This document shows, piece after piece, positions 49,315-62,756 of a stretch of 64,000 nt of DNA. The number at the start of each line of letters is the position of its first letter. Within the stretch, counting starts at the first letter, position 1. Under the pieces are notes generated by a model. It had not been told where the DNA came from, ran no database searches, and saw only the letters and a program-made list of their open reading frames with translations. The position numbers and the translations under genes are program-made. The DNA is from Octopus sinensis (lineage: Eukaryota): contig NC_043002.1 in NCBI RefSeq assembly GCF_006345805.1, positions 93,806,001-93,870,000 on the forward strand. The letters run 5' to 3'.

Positions 49315-51481
49315 CTAGGTGGAAAAGAACAAGTATCTATGCATTGAGATTCTAACTTTATTCATATATGAGTTAGTACACCAGGCTATAAAAATAATAT
49401 TTCTTATTCCGAATCTGAATAAAATAATGTTATCATGTGCCAGTTTTTCTCGCCATCTGCTTTTCAGTTGAAAATATATATTATATACAAATGATAGGTG
49501 TACATAGTTGAGAAACTGTTTAGGAGGAAGATAAAACACAAATACATCTTATTCAGGCAAGGAATTTTCATCTGGAGTTCTTGTGCTTGTAGACTTTCTC
49601 TGGTAAATCTTGTTAATACTCCAGCAGTTGTCTGCCATCGTATTTTTGCCCCATCCCTCTTGATAACGCTCTACCATAGTCCTGAGGTCTTGGAGGAAGC
49701 GCTCTCTTTGTTCATCACTTTTGTCTTCAAAGTTTTCCGGGAACTGATCGAAGTGACTGTGCAGGAAATGGAATTTAACGCTCATGCTACACCCAAGATC
49801 ATGGAAAGCTGACAGCATATTATTTACAATAATTTCATAATCATCTGCTTATCTGTTCCCAAGAAAATTTTTTTTTATGAATGCTACGAATGACAGCTAT
49901 ACTGCTCTTTCCTTGTCAATGATCTTTCCGACAAATTCCTCATCAAGTACAAGGGCACGAATCTGAGGTCAGTCAAACACACCTGCTTTGATATTCTCAA
50001 ATGACAAACCAGGAATAGCAAAGACTACATTTTGAAAGCGTTCACCATCAGTATTCAATGCCTTAGTGTATTGCTTCATCAAGCCCAGCTTTATACGGAC
50101 TGGCGGGAAAATAATCTTTTCTCGGTTGACAATTGGATCCTTCACAATATTTGGCAATGCCTGCTTCCAGAGTCTCATCAATTGGCCACTTCTGTGCCCA
50201 GTGTTCTTCTAGAGCTCGGTTGCCCCACATGCAGAGATAGCAAGGATACTTTGTGAAACCTTTCTGCTGGCCGAGGAGAAAATTGACCATTTTCAAATCT
50301 ACACAAAAGGTCCAGCTGTGCTCATGATATTTTAGTTGGTCAATAACTATTTATACGTAATTATATTCTTCAAGCAAACGCACTGAGTGATCAACTGGGA
50401 CAGCTCCATAAACATTGCCATTGTGTAGGGGAACACACTTCAGGCTATGCTTAGAACTATCTAGAAATAATCGCCAGTCAGTTGAATTGTACGAGGGGAT
50501 TCCTAATTCCTGGAGAAGATAGGGAATATCGCGGCAATAAACAAAGTGTTTCTCTTCTGAAAAAAAAAAATGACACAAAAATCTGGTCTCGTTTTCAAAG
50601 TAAGAAACTTTTGCAGTTTGGTCAAATAGATGCTTTTCTTGCAACATGGATGCTAGAACTTCAGCTGCAGTCTTGGTAAGTCCCAAATCACGCACTGAAT
50701 CATTCAGTTCTGTTTCGCTAAACTGATGAGGAATAGATATTTTTCGGTACCATAAGAGAGGTCTTGGAATTCTGAAGTGTAATATCTTGATCTTCGTTAT
50801 CATCCTCATACTCTTGTTTTTTAGCTTCGTCTTCGGAAGCGGTAAACTGGAATTGAGAGTGTCTCAGAGTGCATAATAGGTTTAATTGCTGACGGAATAT
50901 TGGGATAGGATATTTTACGCCTATTTTCTTGGTCGATGCCTTTTGTCGTTGACCATACAAAGATAACAGTCACTGGTGTGGTCTCTGGGTTCTCGCCAAA
51001 CCATAGAAATTACAAACGGCGGGCTCTTTTCGTTTTCCTTTTGTCCAGTCACGAAGCATTTCCTTACAGTTATGACATACAACACGAGGGACCCAATTTT
51101 TGTATCGTTCGCCTAGGAGAATTTTAAAATAGGCTTTATAAGCCCGTCTCACAAACAATGTGATATTGCGCCTTTGACGAATAGTGTGAAGGAACCACAG
51201 ATATAGCTGGAGCCATCAGGATTATTCACGTATCTATGTCTACTTGAAGAAGCCGTGATCAGATCTGAAAAAACACAATTGTCAATCCTTTGAAAGTAGG
51301 ATATATGTATCTCAATATGTCAAATTTAACTATAAATGTACAAAAAGTTAATTTTCAGATTGCAAGAAAACTGGAGCATGGAGAGCAATACCGATTACAG
51401 ATTTGAAATTAGCACAAAAATGTTAGAATTAGTAAAAACAAATCTCACGCAACAAAAAAAAAAGGAAAAGATTGTTCGGTA
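49315..51481 (-). mobile_element. decayed Chapaev3-like (CMC) DNA transposon
   Basis: Frameshifted transposase pieces RRAYKAYFKILLG, WVPRVVCHNC, ELNDSVRDLGL, WRLFLDSSK, LLGQQKGFTKYPCYLC, PPVRIKLGLMKQ, MSVKFHFLHSH, SDEQRERFLQD; ends approximate. Confidence 0.75.
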
Positions 51482-51742
51482 TTATCTGCTGATTTGTATT
51501 TCATTGGGATTCAAAAACGAGGGCGTCAATTGAGTTGAAATAAAATTGAAACTAAAACAAATTCGACTTTACGAACACCAAATAGGAAATTCCTTAGTTT
51601 TGTATTGAAGTAGGACTTCCGTAATATCTTCCTTTTTCATTGTCATTGTATATATTTAGTTCGGTGAGGCCGTATCGGTTATTAATTCGCTAGTTTCATG
51701 CGATGTAATTGTATAATAGATATATAGTTGATTAAGTTAAAC

Positions 51743-52651
51743 CAGGAGTCGCCAAAGGGGGTCTGAGGGACCCCCTAGGGGTCGTCGAGGAATTACAGGA
51801 TCTTGATGATAGCCAAAGGGTCGAATGGGGGTCGGCGTGCGATACTTAGTCGGCGCCATGCTCATCCCTCGCATTGATGTTGTCAATTTCAATAAAAGAT
51901 ACAGTGATCCCTCGCTACTTTGCGGTTCAACTTCGCAGATTTTAAATATATATATATGAACGCCTAAAATTTTTCATTAAATCCATTAAAATATGAATAA
52001 TAAATATTATTTCCTTGTCTAGGAACAACAAAACAAGTGTAAAATAGCAAAAAAGCATATACAGGGGTCTTTGAACTTAAGATGGGCTGTGATTGGTGCA
52101 ATGGAGAGAGACGACGAATCATATCTTTCTATTTTGTAATCTGACCTGTGTAACAGTAACAATCTTTATTTTTTTTAATTTAAAGTTAACAGTTGTCCTT
52201 GTTATTAATAGACTACTATAATGGGTGGGTTGTTAACAGTACAGGGAGAGTTTTAAAAGTCCAAATACACTTTAAATAAATACTGTAAATATGGTGTCGC
52301 TACTTCGCGGAAATTCAGTTATCGCAGCCGGTCTCGGAACCAATCTACCGCGATAAACGAGGGATCTCTGTATTCTAGCAATATGATGCGCTTTCCACGT
52401 TTTCTAACCGTGAAAACAATTTCATAAAAAATTGAAAGTTTAATACTATATACTCGTACGCATAGTTCAAATTAAGAAATTCTATCTTCAATAGAATTTC
52501 TTAATTTGTCGTACATGTATCTTTTAGCTAACATTTTAGTTGCCAGCATCAGTACCCGGTACACATTTAAGATATGGTACGGTAAGGTAGGGTATTAAGA
52601 TATTTTAAATGAAGAAAGCGGTCGATGGTCGAAAGAGTTTGGCGACCCCTG
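51743..52651. mobile_element. hAT-type MITE containing a nested Tigger-like MITE
   Basis: TIR caggagtcgccaaa / tttggcgacccctg; perfect 8-bp TSD agttaaac. Confidence 0.88.
51902..52370. mobile_element. pogo/Tigger-like MITE
   Basis: TA|cagtgatccctcg ... cgagggatctctg|TA. Confidence 0.82.
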
Positions 52652-53452
52652 AGTTAAACTATCAAGTTATAAAATATTAGCAGATAGTAACGAAGTTGAA
52701 TGACTAACATTCTTTCATAAAAGAAGCCTAACTAATCTTAAATCTAGAAAAGTTAAGTAACAATTGAAACATTGTTATTCTGTTTAAATTAACATACAGT
52801 GAGTGAGTGTGTGCGCGCACGCGTGCGTGGTAATGAAAAATACAATAAGACTAAACAGTCACTACAAGCAAACTAGTATGCAAAAATTTTCATAAGCCAA
52901 CGTGCACCGTTCTGTTTCACTAATCCAACTTTAGTAATAGTTTTTTTATATAAGCGAGAGAAAGACCATTGAGAGAGAAAATATACCTTAAGATGTATAT
53001 GATTATTGCAAAAAATACCAAGTTATTTATTAATTTTTTTTAATGAAATATAAGTTGGTAAAAGATGAAAAGCAAATAAGTAATGTTTCGGATAAACATG
53101 CTGCGAATCCCTTCTCAAATTTCGTAATTAGTTCACTAGATATTTTGAATTTGTTAATGTTTTATTTCCGGTAATGCTTTTTTCTATGAATGATCGGAGG
53201 TTGAGGGACAAGAAAATGATTAAAATGCTGAATAGATTATACCAGAACGATGCGGCTAGTCAAGAAGTTACAACGATGACCTCCAGGCTGAAGGAATAAT
53301 ATTTTATTTGTGTTGTTCCTTGTCCTGCACTGGACTTGATAGTGCAGTCAGCAATGAAGGGTTTGTGCTGTTGCCGAGTGTTTTCATTCGTTTGGCCCTA
53401 GAGAAGGCAATAGAAAACTACCTTCGCGTTTCCTTTCAATAATACTGTAGAT

Positions 53453-54189
53453 CATAGGTTCTCAAAGTGGGCGCTAGCGCCCCCGGTGGGCGTTGAGCGG
53501 GTCCCGGTGGGCACTGGTGTCTAAGGTGTAGTGCAGGGGGCGATGCAGAAAAAGAGACATTGGGAGGGAAACAGTGGAATAGGGGACGCTATGATTAATA
53601 TTATTATAGTATTGTATACAAATTATATATCATATTAAATATCAAATGATTCATTGTATATATAAATTAGTAAAATATAAAATATTTATTTATACATAAA
53701 AATAGTGGGGCGCTGAGGGTATTATGCGAGCTGGCAGAAACGTTAGCACGCCAGACGAAATGCGTAGCCGTATTTCGTCAGCCGTTACGTTCAGAGTTCA
53801 AATTCCGCCAAGGTCGACTTTGCCTTTCATCCTTTCGGGGTCGATAAATTAAGTACCAGTTACGCACTGGGATCGATATAAGCGACTTAATCCGTTTGTC
53901 TGTCCTTGTTTGTCCTCTCTATGTTTAGCCCCTTGTGGGTAGTAAAGAAATAAGTATTTCGTCTGCCGTTACATTGTGAGTTCAAATTCCGCCGAGGTCG
54001 ACTTTGCCTTTCATCCTTTCGGGGTCGATAAATTAAGTACCAGTTTCGCACTGGGGTCGATGTAATCGACTTAATACCTATGTCTGTCCTTGTTTGTCCC
54101 CTCTGTGTTTAGCCCCTTGTGGGTAATAAAGAAATAGGTATTATGTGGCTATGAGGGGGATGGTGGCCCAAAAAGTTTGAGAACTTCTG
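53453..54189. mobile_element. hAT (Charlie-type) MITE carrying a SINE
   Basis: TIR cataggttctcaaa / tttgagaacttctg; perfect 8-bp TSD ctgtagat. Confidence 0.85.
53727..54136 (+). mobile_element. SINE family C with tandem duplication of its 3' ~185 bp
   Basis: TSD ggtattatg at 53718-53726 and 54137-54145; core and tail present twice. Confidence 0.88.
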
Positions 54190-54821
54190 CTGTAGATGGT
54201 TTATCTATTGGAGTGCTGGGTGTCAGATGACATGCCATACAGATATATAGAAACATGAAAAGGATTATACATTCACACATTACAGTGTGGTTGAAGAATC
54301 CTATGTGGTTTAAAAAATTTCATTTATTCATTTATTTTTACGTTACAATCATGCTGATACTGTTTCATATGAATCTGTTGACGGTGCCATTCCATTGTCA
54401 TATATAGTCGGAATAATTCACTGGTGAAACAAGAGATGCCATATACTTTAATCACCTAACCAATCTTATTTATTCTATCTCAACTCTTCCTGCCGAAGGC
54501 AAAGACTGTTGCGACCTCACTGCAAAATTTTGAGAGAAAGAGAAGAGCTATAGTGAATTGGCTCATTTCTAGGGTCTTGATTTATCGAGATGAAGTATAT
54601 GAAAGATAATGCCTGCCATATGGTAGGATTGAAGCATCAACTCGAGAACCACTGACCTCTCTATCGTAAAGCATTGAGTCGTGTCATACCATTTTATCAA
54701 TAGTTAATTGTTTTAATATCTCCTTTAAATCATACGTGCATTTGTCAAAGGTCATATTATCTATATTGAATGGAGATGTAAATCTCATGACCATTTGTGA
54801 GTACAAAACAGCACTGAAGAT

Positions 54822-55149
54822 TTAAAAGACTCCGCCGGTTACGACGACGAGGGTCCCAGCTGATACGATCAACGGAACAGCTTGCTCGTGAAATTAACGT
54901 GCAAATGGCTGAGCATTCCACAGACACGTGTACCCTTAATGTAGTTCTCGGGGATAATCAGCGTGACACAGAGAGTGACAAGGCTGACCCTTTGAAATAC
55001 AAGTACAACTCATTTTTGCCAGCTGAGTGGACTGGAGCAACGTGAAATAAAGTGTCTTGCTCAAGGACACAACGCGTCGCCGGGAATCGAACTCACAACC
55101 TTACGATCATGAGCCGAATGCCCTAACCACTAAGCCACGCGCCCTCACC
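54822..55149 (-). mobile_element. tRNA-derived SINE (head D-like, tail 1)
   Basis: TSD gcactgaagat at 54811-54821 and 55150-55160. Confidence 0.9.
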
Positions 55150-55278
55150 GCACTGAAGATACTGCTGCGTTAAATATTTACGACAAATGAGCATAGGAAA
55201 GTATAACTTTCTTTATAAGTCTGTTATTTTCAACGCAAAGCTGTACAATTTCATGGTTTCTGCTTTCGGTTAAACATA

Positions 55279-55496
55279 CGAGAGGTGCCGAAAAGTTCCT
55301 GAAGAAAATACAAAATAATGTACAGCAAAATCAGTTAATTGTGATTTTATCCAACATATTCCCCTCTCAGATTCACATACGAACTGCAGCAATCATTCAG
55401 TTTTTCTAAGTCCTGTAAAATAACTCAGAAGCTTTGGGCCTCTAACTAAGCCTTTCACAATACTCGTAATGCCAGGAACTGTTCAGCACCCTCAAG
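55279..55496. mobile_element. mariner-type MITE
   Basis: TA|cgagaggtgccgaaaagttcctg ... caggaactgttcagcaccctcaag|TA. Confidence 0.7.
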
Positions 55497-55799
55497 TACT
55501 GGGTCGTTATGTGTTAAGTGTTTTAGACATAGACACAAAGCAGTGAAGTGCTAGTGACAGTATACGAAGACTGTCTCAGTAGATCGTAATCTGGTACTCT
55601 GTCTAGTCGGTGTTGTGACTATCAGTCTATGGATCAGATTTCAGCAATTTAATATAATACACATGTTTTAACCACCCAGCATTTAGAGAAAAATTAACTG
55701 GATACATATGTGTATATGTATGTATACATATACATTCATACACACACGTACGCACACACATACACATATCTGACTTTAAGCTGCATCCAGTAGTAGGTC

Positions 55800-56172
55800 T
55801 CTAGTGCGGAAGTTCCACTTCTTAGCCACTACAGTTCCCAAGTATACACTCAGTCTGAGTAGTAGCACCTGTTAGGGTCCCAGGTATGGGTTAACTTGCA
55901 TGTGAACCACTGGGTTTGAAGGATACGTAGTCATTGTAAGAACTTCTAGGAGAAGGTAACTCGTATAAAAAAAACCTGAAGTTCGGTTGGTTTTCATTCG
56001 TCTCAACCTCTGTTGTGCCACTTGTTTTATAGTTGATTTCACTGAAAAATGGGTGGAGTATTGTGAAAGGCGTTATCCACTCAAAACAAATTCGTGCACA
56101 AGAACTTACTGGTCTCTCGGAATGTTTACACGGATTTTCTAAGAGTGGGAAGTAGTCTCACTCGGTCACGAG
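55800..56172 (+). mobile_element. old RTE-related non-autonomous repeat
   Basis: Homologous to 44950-45330; contains cttctaggagaaggtaactc. Confidence 0.6.
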
Positions 56173-56420
56173 CATACACACATACGCACACTCACATTGG
56201 ATAGATTGCAGTAACCTTTTTCAGCTCTTTGTGCTCTAAGTTCAAATCCTACCGCGGTCAACTTTGCCTTTCACTTTTCGGAGTCGATAAATAAAATACC
56301 AGTCCTGTGGTCAGACATGAAGAGGGATGGTCGCTGCCAGGTTTAAAAAATACCGAAGATATGATGCATATTAAGAAGGCACCCTTACAACTGCAAGGAG
56401 TTAAAAACCTATTGCATTGA

Positions 56421-56453
<33 letters not shown>

Positions 56454-56499
56454 TGTATGTATGTATGTATGTATGTATGTATGTATGTATGTGTTGGGA

Positions 56500-56909
56500 T
56501 AACTAGCTCTAATACAAATTCAAAATTGTCATACAGATCAACACAAGATAAATTCCAGGAGCTCATAGTATACCAACTGAGATTACTAATCATGGTAGGG
56601 ATGTAATGGCTGATTTTGTGACAACGTTAATTATCGACTTATGGAATGGCTCACCAGTTTCCAAAGGATTAGAGAGATGCTATATTGATTTCCATTGTAC
56701 AAAGGAAAAGTCTGTCCAACTGTGATAAATTTCATGCCGCTTCCTTGCTTGTAACTTTTGGCAAAATATTTGCCAGATTTATTGAATTGACTGTAGGCGT
56801 GATTATGCTCCATCGTTATTTCAGATCCTTGATGTGGATTTAGATATAATAGAGAGACCGCAGATATGATTTTTAGTATAAGACAATCGCTGGAAAAGTA
56901 TACCAGCAC
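56500..56909 (+). mobile_element. decayed RTE-clade LINE reverse transcriptase fragment
   Basis: SLLVTFGKIFARF and CGFRYNRETADMIFSIRQSLEK (RT N-terminal motifs), cut by a hAT MITE. Confidence 0.75.
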
Positions 56910-57559
56910 CAGTGGCGGCTCGTAAATAAAATTAGTCGGGATGCTGCTTCAGAAAATTTTTAGACGTTGTTTTAATATGTAAAAAGGAAATTTATACATA
57001 AACTTGATTGGTTCGCGTTTTAGCCACTACTGGATAGTGTGTTTAATTTGTTCACTGAACACCGCCATAAATTTTCTCTTGTGTTTCAAAAGGCCCTAAA
57101 TCACAAAATAAGCGTGTGGGGGGATGTGCCCTATTTTCCAAATCCTGGCAACAACACTGAAGCTGGAAGAAGAAGAATAACCTAATTCTACACTTTATCA
57201 CATTCAAGAATATAAACACGTTTTTTAAGCACAACACACGCAAAGTCAAAAGTAAACACTACCTTTCACCCGGTACTGTCGTTCAGGCAGTGCTCTCTCT
57301 CTCTCTCCCTAGTTTGGCGCGCAACAGCCAAACACCGCGTCGCGGGAACTGTGAAGCGCACAGTTCTATACAAGGAGTTTTGTATTTTTCTCATAAACTA
57401 GGGGATGGCTACTGATTTAAGCTTAAGGATTATATAATGTACAAGTATAAAAAAAGAATTAAAGAAAAAAAGGATTCATTATATTGAATGTTATCGATAA
57501 TATCGAGTGGAAATAGGGGGCGCTGCAGTTCCGCAGTTCCTATATACGAGCCGCCACTG
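56910..57559. mobile_element. 650-bp hAT-type MITE
   Basis: 19-bp TIR cagtggcggctcgta(a/t)ata; 8-bp TSD accagcac / accaacac. Confidence 0.88.
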
Positions 57560-58248
57560 ACCAACACTGTTCATTCGGAACATCTGGTACTGAATGAACA
57601 GAATCAAACAGCAGCTCATTAACAGAAAGTAAAGCCTTCAGTTTGAGAAAATTGGAATTGTTCATCAAAGAGTGAAACATAATTCTCTAAACTTGTTGGC
57701 TGGTGAAGTACTGCATGGTCGAGACTCCAGAGATTTTCTCGCCTGTGTAGTCTGTGATTGCATCACACTTTCAAAAGCCGAACTTATTCATCCATGAAAG
57801 GTCATATATCAGATGAAGACGAGATGTTTATATGCACACAGCTCTAGTATTCCCAATGGAGCATTGCTATTCTTTATGTCCAATCAATTCATCAAATTCT
57901 GAAAATCCATTTTTGACGAATGTACAAGGAAGGGTAGAGAAGTTATTGGTGCAGTTTTTCACAAAATTATATGCTACATTTCTCACTAATAAATGAATAA
58001 ATAAATAAATAAATAAACTCCAATTTAAACAAAATCAACGCTAGATAGTCATAATAAGGTTTACTGTAGAAATGCTATCAAACGTGTTACTATGAGAAAG
58101 TGGCCATGCTCTAAATCCAGTTGACCACCGACCACCATAATGCGTGTGCATCCATATGTGTATGCTTTGTATACTTGAGAGCATGCATCTCGCCTCTCTT
58201 TGGCTACTTAAAAAAAGGAACACTTAAAACGAGTTTCTGTTGACTTAC

Positions 58249-58410
58249 ATTTGCGAAAATCGGTCAAAAGTCCTTTGAACATCACGTTGTTTTGGTGTAG
58301 TGTGATTTGTGTTGAATGTTTGCTTTCGATAATTCTGGGGTTTGGAGTGCAACATCTGAGTTCAACAAAATCGTGAAGAAACAACCCACTTTAAATATTT
58401 CACTTCCGGT
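58249..58410 (-). other. candidate promoter and first exon of a minus-strand gene (11 codons, MFKGLLTDFRK)
   Basis: ETS motif accggaagtg (58401-58410), TATA-like tatttaaa (58390-58397), ATG at 58282, donor AAT|gtaagt at 58249/58248; motif evidence only. Confidence 0.3.
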
Positions 58411-58499
58411 GAAGACTTGACATGTCGCCGGCTCATTCAGAGTGATGACAGTGCTAGTAGTAGTTATTAGTTTTGATGAAGAGGATGTTGGCGGTATTG

Positions 58500-58786
58500 T
58501 TCATGGCATTGATGATGATGATAACAATTATAATTATCTTGATGAAAGTGGTGATAATATGATCATAATTTTGAAGAGGAGGAGGAGAGGGGGAGGAAGG
58601 GGAGGAGGAGAGGGGGAGGAAGGGGAGGAGGAGGAGGAAGATAGTGATGATGATGAGGTGGAGGAGGAAGATGGTGACGATATGATGATGATGATGATGA
58701 GGAGGAGGAGGAGGAGGAGGAAGATGGTGATGATGATGATGAGGAGGAGGAGGAGGAAGATGGTGATGATGATGATGATGATGATG
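58500..58786. repeat. compound (GAT)n/(GAG)n low-complexity tract
   Basis: Visible trinucleotide runs. Confidence 0.9.
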
Positions 58787-59259
58787 TAAGGAAGGGGTGG
58801 AGGGGCATATAAGCGATATGCATAATATCTCAACACGCGCCCGCATGCACAAACACACACACACACACGCACTCACATACAAGATGTACATCTATATGTA
58901 GACACACTTGCATACATATATGTGCATGTTTGTTTATAATTTGTATATTTAGATAGGCGTGTGTATGCAGACTTGAGCCTTCGTGAGTCAGTGTGCGTGT
59001 ATGTGTAGTTTCGTGTGGGAGAGCACGTGTGTGTGTGTTTGTATGACACTGTGTCTCTGTGTGTGTGTATGCTCGTGTCGGTGCGCAATGTGTGTGTATA
59101 TATGCATTTATGTGTGTGTAATGAAGTTCTAATGCAAGTAAGTACCAGTAGTAGCGGGTGGGGCAAATTCATTTGGCGCCACATGAATCACAAAAAGACC
59201 CACTTTACTGCACCCACCTTTCACATTCATAACATCCATTCTGTGTGTGTTTGTGTGTG

Positions 59260-59311
<52 letters not shown>

Positions 59312-59340
59312 GTGTGTGTGTTGTGTGTGTGTGTGTGTGT

Positions 59341-59372
<32 letters not shown>

Positions 59373-59500
59373 TGTGTCTGTGTGCTTCCTTCCCCTTGCA
59401 CTAAGTGTTATTTACGAAAACACGCATCTCTTAATACTGAATCATTCGCAAATTCTTGCTGCTTCTGAATTCTTTTTCGTCATATTTGTTCACAAGTACG

Positions 59501-59915
59501 GGATCTTTTCGGTTTGAACGGCAGTTTTTTCTAGCGGTGTCATATGAAATTGTCACCCATAATTATGACCCTAGTATCGATCTATTGCATTTCAATCTGT
59601 TTTAGGGTTAGGGGTGGGTGGAAAGGTATCTGTTTTTCTTCACAAATGTAAATAAACCCAATCTGTTTCTTAAACGAGGGACATTTTCATACGGCACAGA
59701 ATGTTTTTTTTTACCGCAATAGACGTCAGTGATTGGTTGAAATTGCAGTGAATTGAAGAAAAAAAGCAACAAATGTCTTACAAACTATAGAATTTTCTCA
59801 ATAAAGCCAAGAGAAAAAGATGTTTTATAAACACATTCTAACAGTATACGAAGTTAAAAATTTTTTAGCAACCTAGAAATTATGTTAAAAACTGCCGTTC
59901 AAACCGAAAACATCC
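59501..59915. mobile_element. second copy of the GG-TIR MITE, opposite orientation to 28147
   Basis: Same TIR; perfect 8-bp TSD caagtacg. Confidence 0.88.
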
Positions 59916-60419
59916 CAAGTACGATATAAACCGTTCCTGTCTCTCTAGTAGTGTTGGTTTCCTGAATTCTTCCCTGCATTTTTCAACTTAACAATGTTTA
60001 GTATTCTTAACAATGTTCAAGAATACTAAACTCGTCAAGAGCACAGCTTTCCTTCTTCCACTATCAAATCAATAAAAATGAAAAATAAAAACTTTATTGA
60101 TCTTTCCCGCCCTTTACTATGTACTTGCTAGAAATAACAGCCAAATCTCCCTCAAATAATATAGATAATGTAGTCCTAGATGTTTACAACTGGTCACGAC
60201 CAGAATGATCGATCGGAGTAAATAATCCAACTTCTGCTCGCTTCGAAGCAATACAAGACACTATTTTCTCTTTGTTGTTTCGTTCGTTCGTTCCTTTCTT
60301 TCTTTCTTTCTTTCTGCTTGCCGCTTTTCAACTTCTTCAATTTTGTTCCAGTTGATTTCAAATGTGGTGTATTGATGCGGTTTTGTATGTTGGTTATTGA
60401 TATGAAATTTATTTTCGCC

Positions 60420-60570
60420 ATAAACCAATAAACAGTCAACAGCTTATAAAGTTTGCAAATTTTGGGTAATTTTAGCCAATCAAACGCCACAGACATATAG
60501 GTGCCTGTTCCCATAGTAACAAGCCAAAAGCGTTGGTGCTCTTGTTTACGGAAAACCACGAGTGTTTACA
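60420..60570. promoter_or_regulatory. candidate RFX/forkhead/NF-Y regulatory module
   Basis: X-box gttcccatagtaac (60507-60520), CCAAT boxes near 60425 and 60476, tgtttac at 60543 and 60563, in non-repetitive DNA. Confidence 0.45.
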
Positions 60571-60679
60571 AACTGATATTTTACACTGAGTGTTCCTGCT
60601 TGTATCCATCTTTTGCTGTTTCTTGATACTTTACGTTGCATTTTCGATAACCACCTCTTGAATGCTTAAAATTACAAAT

Positions 60680-61018
60680 TACTCTTACTCTTTACTCTTT
60701 TACTTGTTTCAGTCATTTAGTCGAGAAAATCGACCACGGGACTTATTCTTTGTAAGCCTAGTACTTATTCTATCGGGCCCTTTTGCCGAACCGCTAAGTT
60801 ACGGGGACGTAAACACACCAGCATCGGTTGTCAAGCGATGTTGGGGGTACAAACACTGACACACAAACATATATACACACACACAAATCCACTCATAAGG
60901 CTTTGGTCTGCCCGAGGCTATAGTTGAAGACACTTGCCCAAGGTGTCACGCAGTGGGACTGAACGCGGAACCATGTGGTTCGTAACCAAGCTACTTACCA
61001 CACAGTCACTCCTACGCT
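60680..61018 (-). mobile_element. SINE family B with internal deletions
   Basis: Reverse complement of the 61886 copy. Confidence 0.88.
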
Positions 61019-61762
61019 AACAATTATGGATTGTTTACACGTTTTTTTTTTGTCATATTTCGCTTATTAAATGCTTAAAACATGTGCTATCGTCACAAAG
61101 CTGACATTATAGTTTTGTCGTCTTACCATCGCAGTCACACAAAATTACAGCTTCCAAATCCTGTTTTGTAACTGGGTAAAAGTTATCAAACTTTAAACCT
61201 CTGTGATTTTTTAAAAATTTCTGGGATTCAGCGTGAAAAATTACATCAATACACCAAACTTGAAAATTTTCATTTAATTTGAAAGTTTGAAAACGTGCAG
61301 CCAAATAGAAAGGATCCTTCTTCCTTCCTTCCTTTTTTTCTTTCTTTCTTTCTTTTCTTTTTTTCTTTTTTTGGCAAGACATTTTACTACTCTTTTAGAC
61401 AGTGAAAGGTACGAAATATAGTTACAACACCGATTTTCTAGACACCGATGGTTACCTAGCCAGGTTCTAAAGTTAATGGGACATAAAAAAAAAAGGGCGC
61501 CGTGACACGTACCAAGCAATTTTAAACTCATTTCTCTTATATTACACGAAATATTTCGTTAATTATAATACACACAATTGTATTCTGCTTTCATTAATTT
61601 CATGTTTCAATAACAATGTCATTGCGTATGATACTGACGACTTGTGATATAGGTGTGGCGTGAAGAAGATGAAACTCCTCGGAATCGTCTACTATCGAGG
61701 GGTCATGACGTTAGGGTTTGTTTTGGTTCCTCAGATGTCAATCACAGGAGATTGAGCAGACC

Positions 61763-61885
61763 AGTAGTTCTCAACCGGGGTCCGTATGGCCTTTTGGGGG
61801 TCCATATAAGATTTTGTTGTTAAAAACTGTGCAATAAATTGGTTATACTGCTACAATTCACAAAATATTTTAACAATTTTATCAT
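61763..61885. mobile_element. left end of a hAT MITE of the 41235 family
   Basis: cagtagttctcaaccggggtcc...tataagattt; resumes as atacaattcctaat after the SINE at 62394. Confidence 0.65.
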
Positions 61886-62393
<508 letters not shown>

Positions 62394-62479
62394 ATACAAT
62401 TCCTAATCATATTTACTCTTTTTTCTTTTACTTGTTTCAGTCATTTGACTGCGGTCATGCTGGAGCACCGCCTTTTAGT

Positions 62480-62756
62480 CATGGGCTCAGTTTCCCGGTT
62501 TCTGTGGCGTATGTGTTACGCCCAGCTGGACGGGACGCCAGTCCATCGCAGCATTAACCAAGAAACAGGAAGAAAGAGTGAGAGAAAGTTGGGGCGAACG
62601 AGTACAACAGGGGTCGCCACCACCCCCTTCCGGAGTCTCGTGGAGCTTTTAGGCGTTTTCGCTCAATAAACACACACAACGCCCGGTCTGGGAATCGAAA
62701 CTGCAATCCTCCAACCGCGAGTCCGCTGCCCTAACCACTGGGCCATTGCGCCTCCA
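62480..62756 (-). mobile_element. tRNA-derived SINE (head A, tail 2) preceded by a 65-bp SINE B tail fragment (62415-62479)
   Basis: Very similar to 41340-41590, including the flank beyond the head. Confidence 0.88.
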
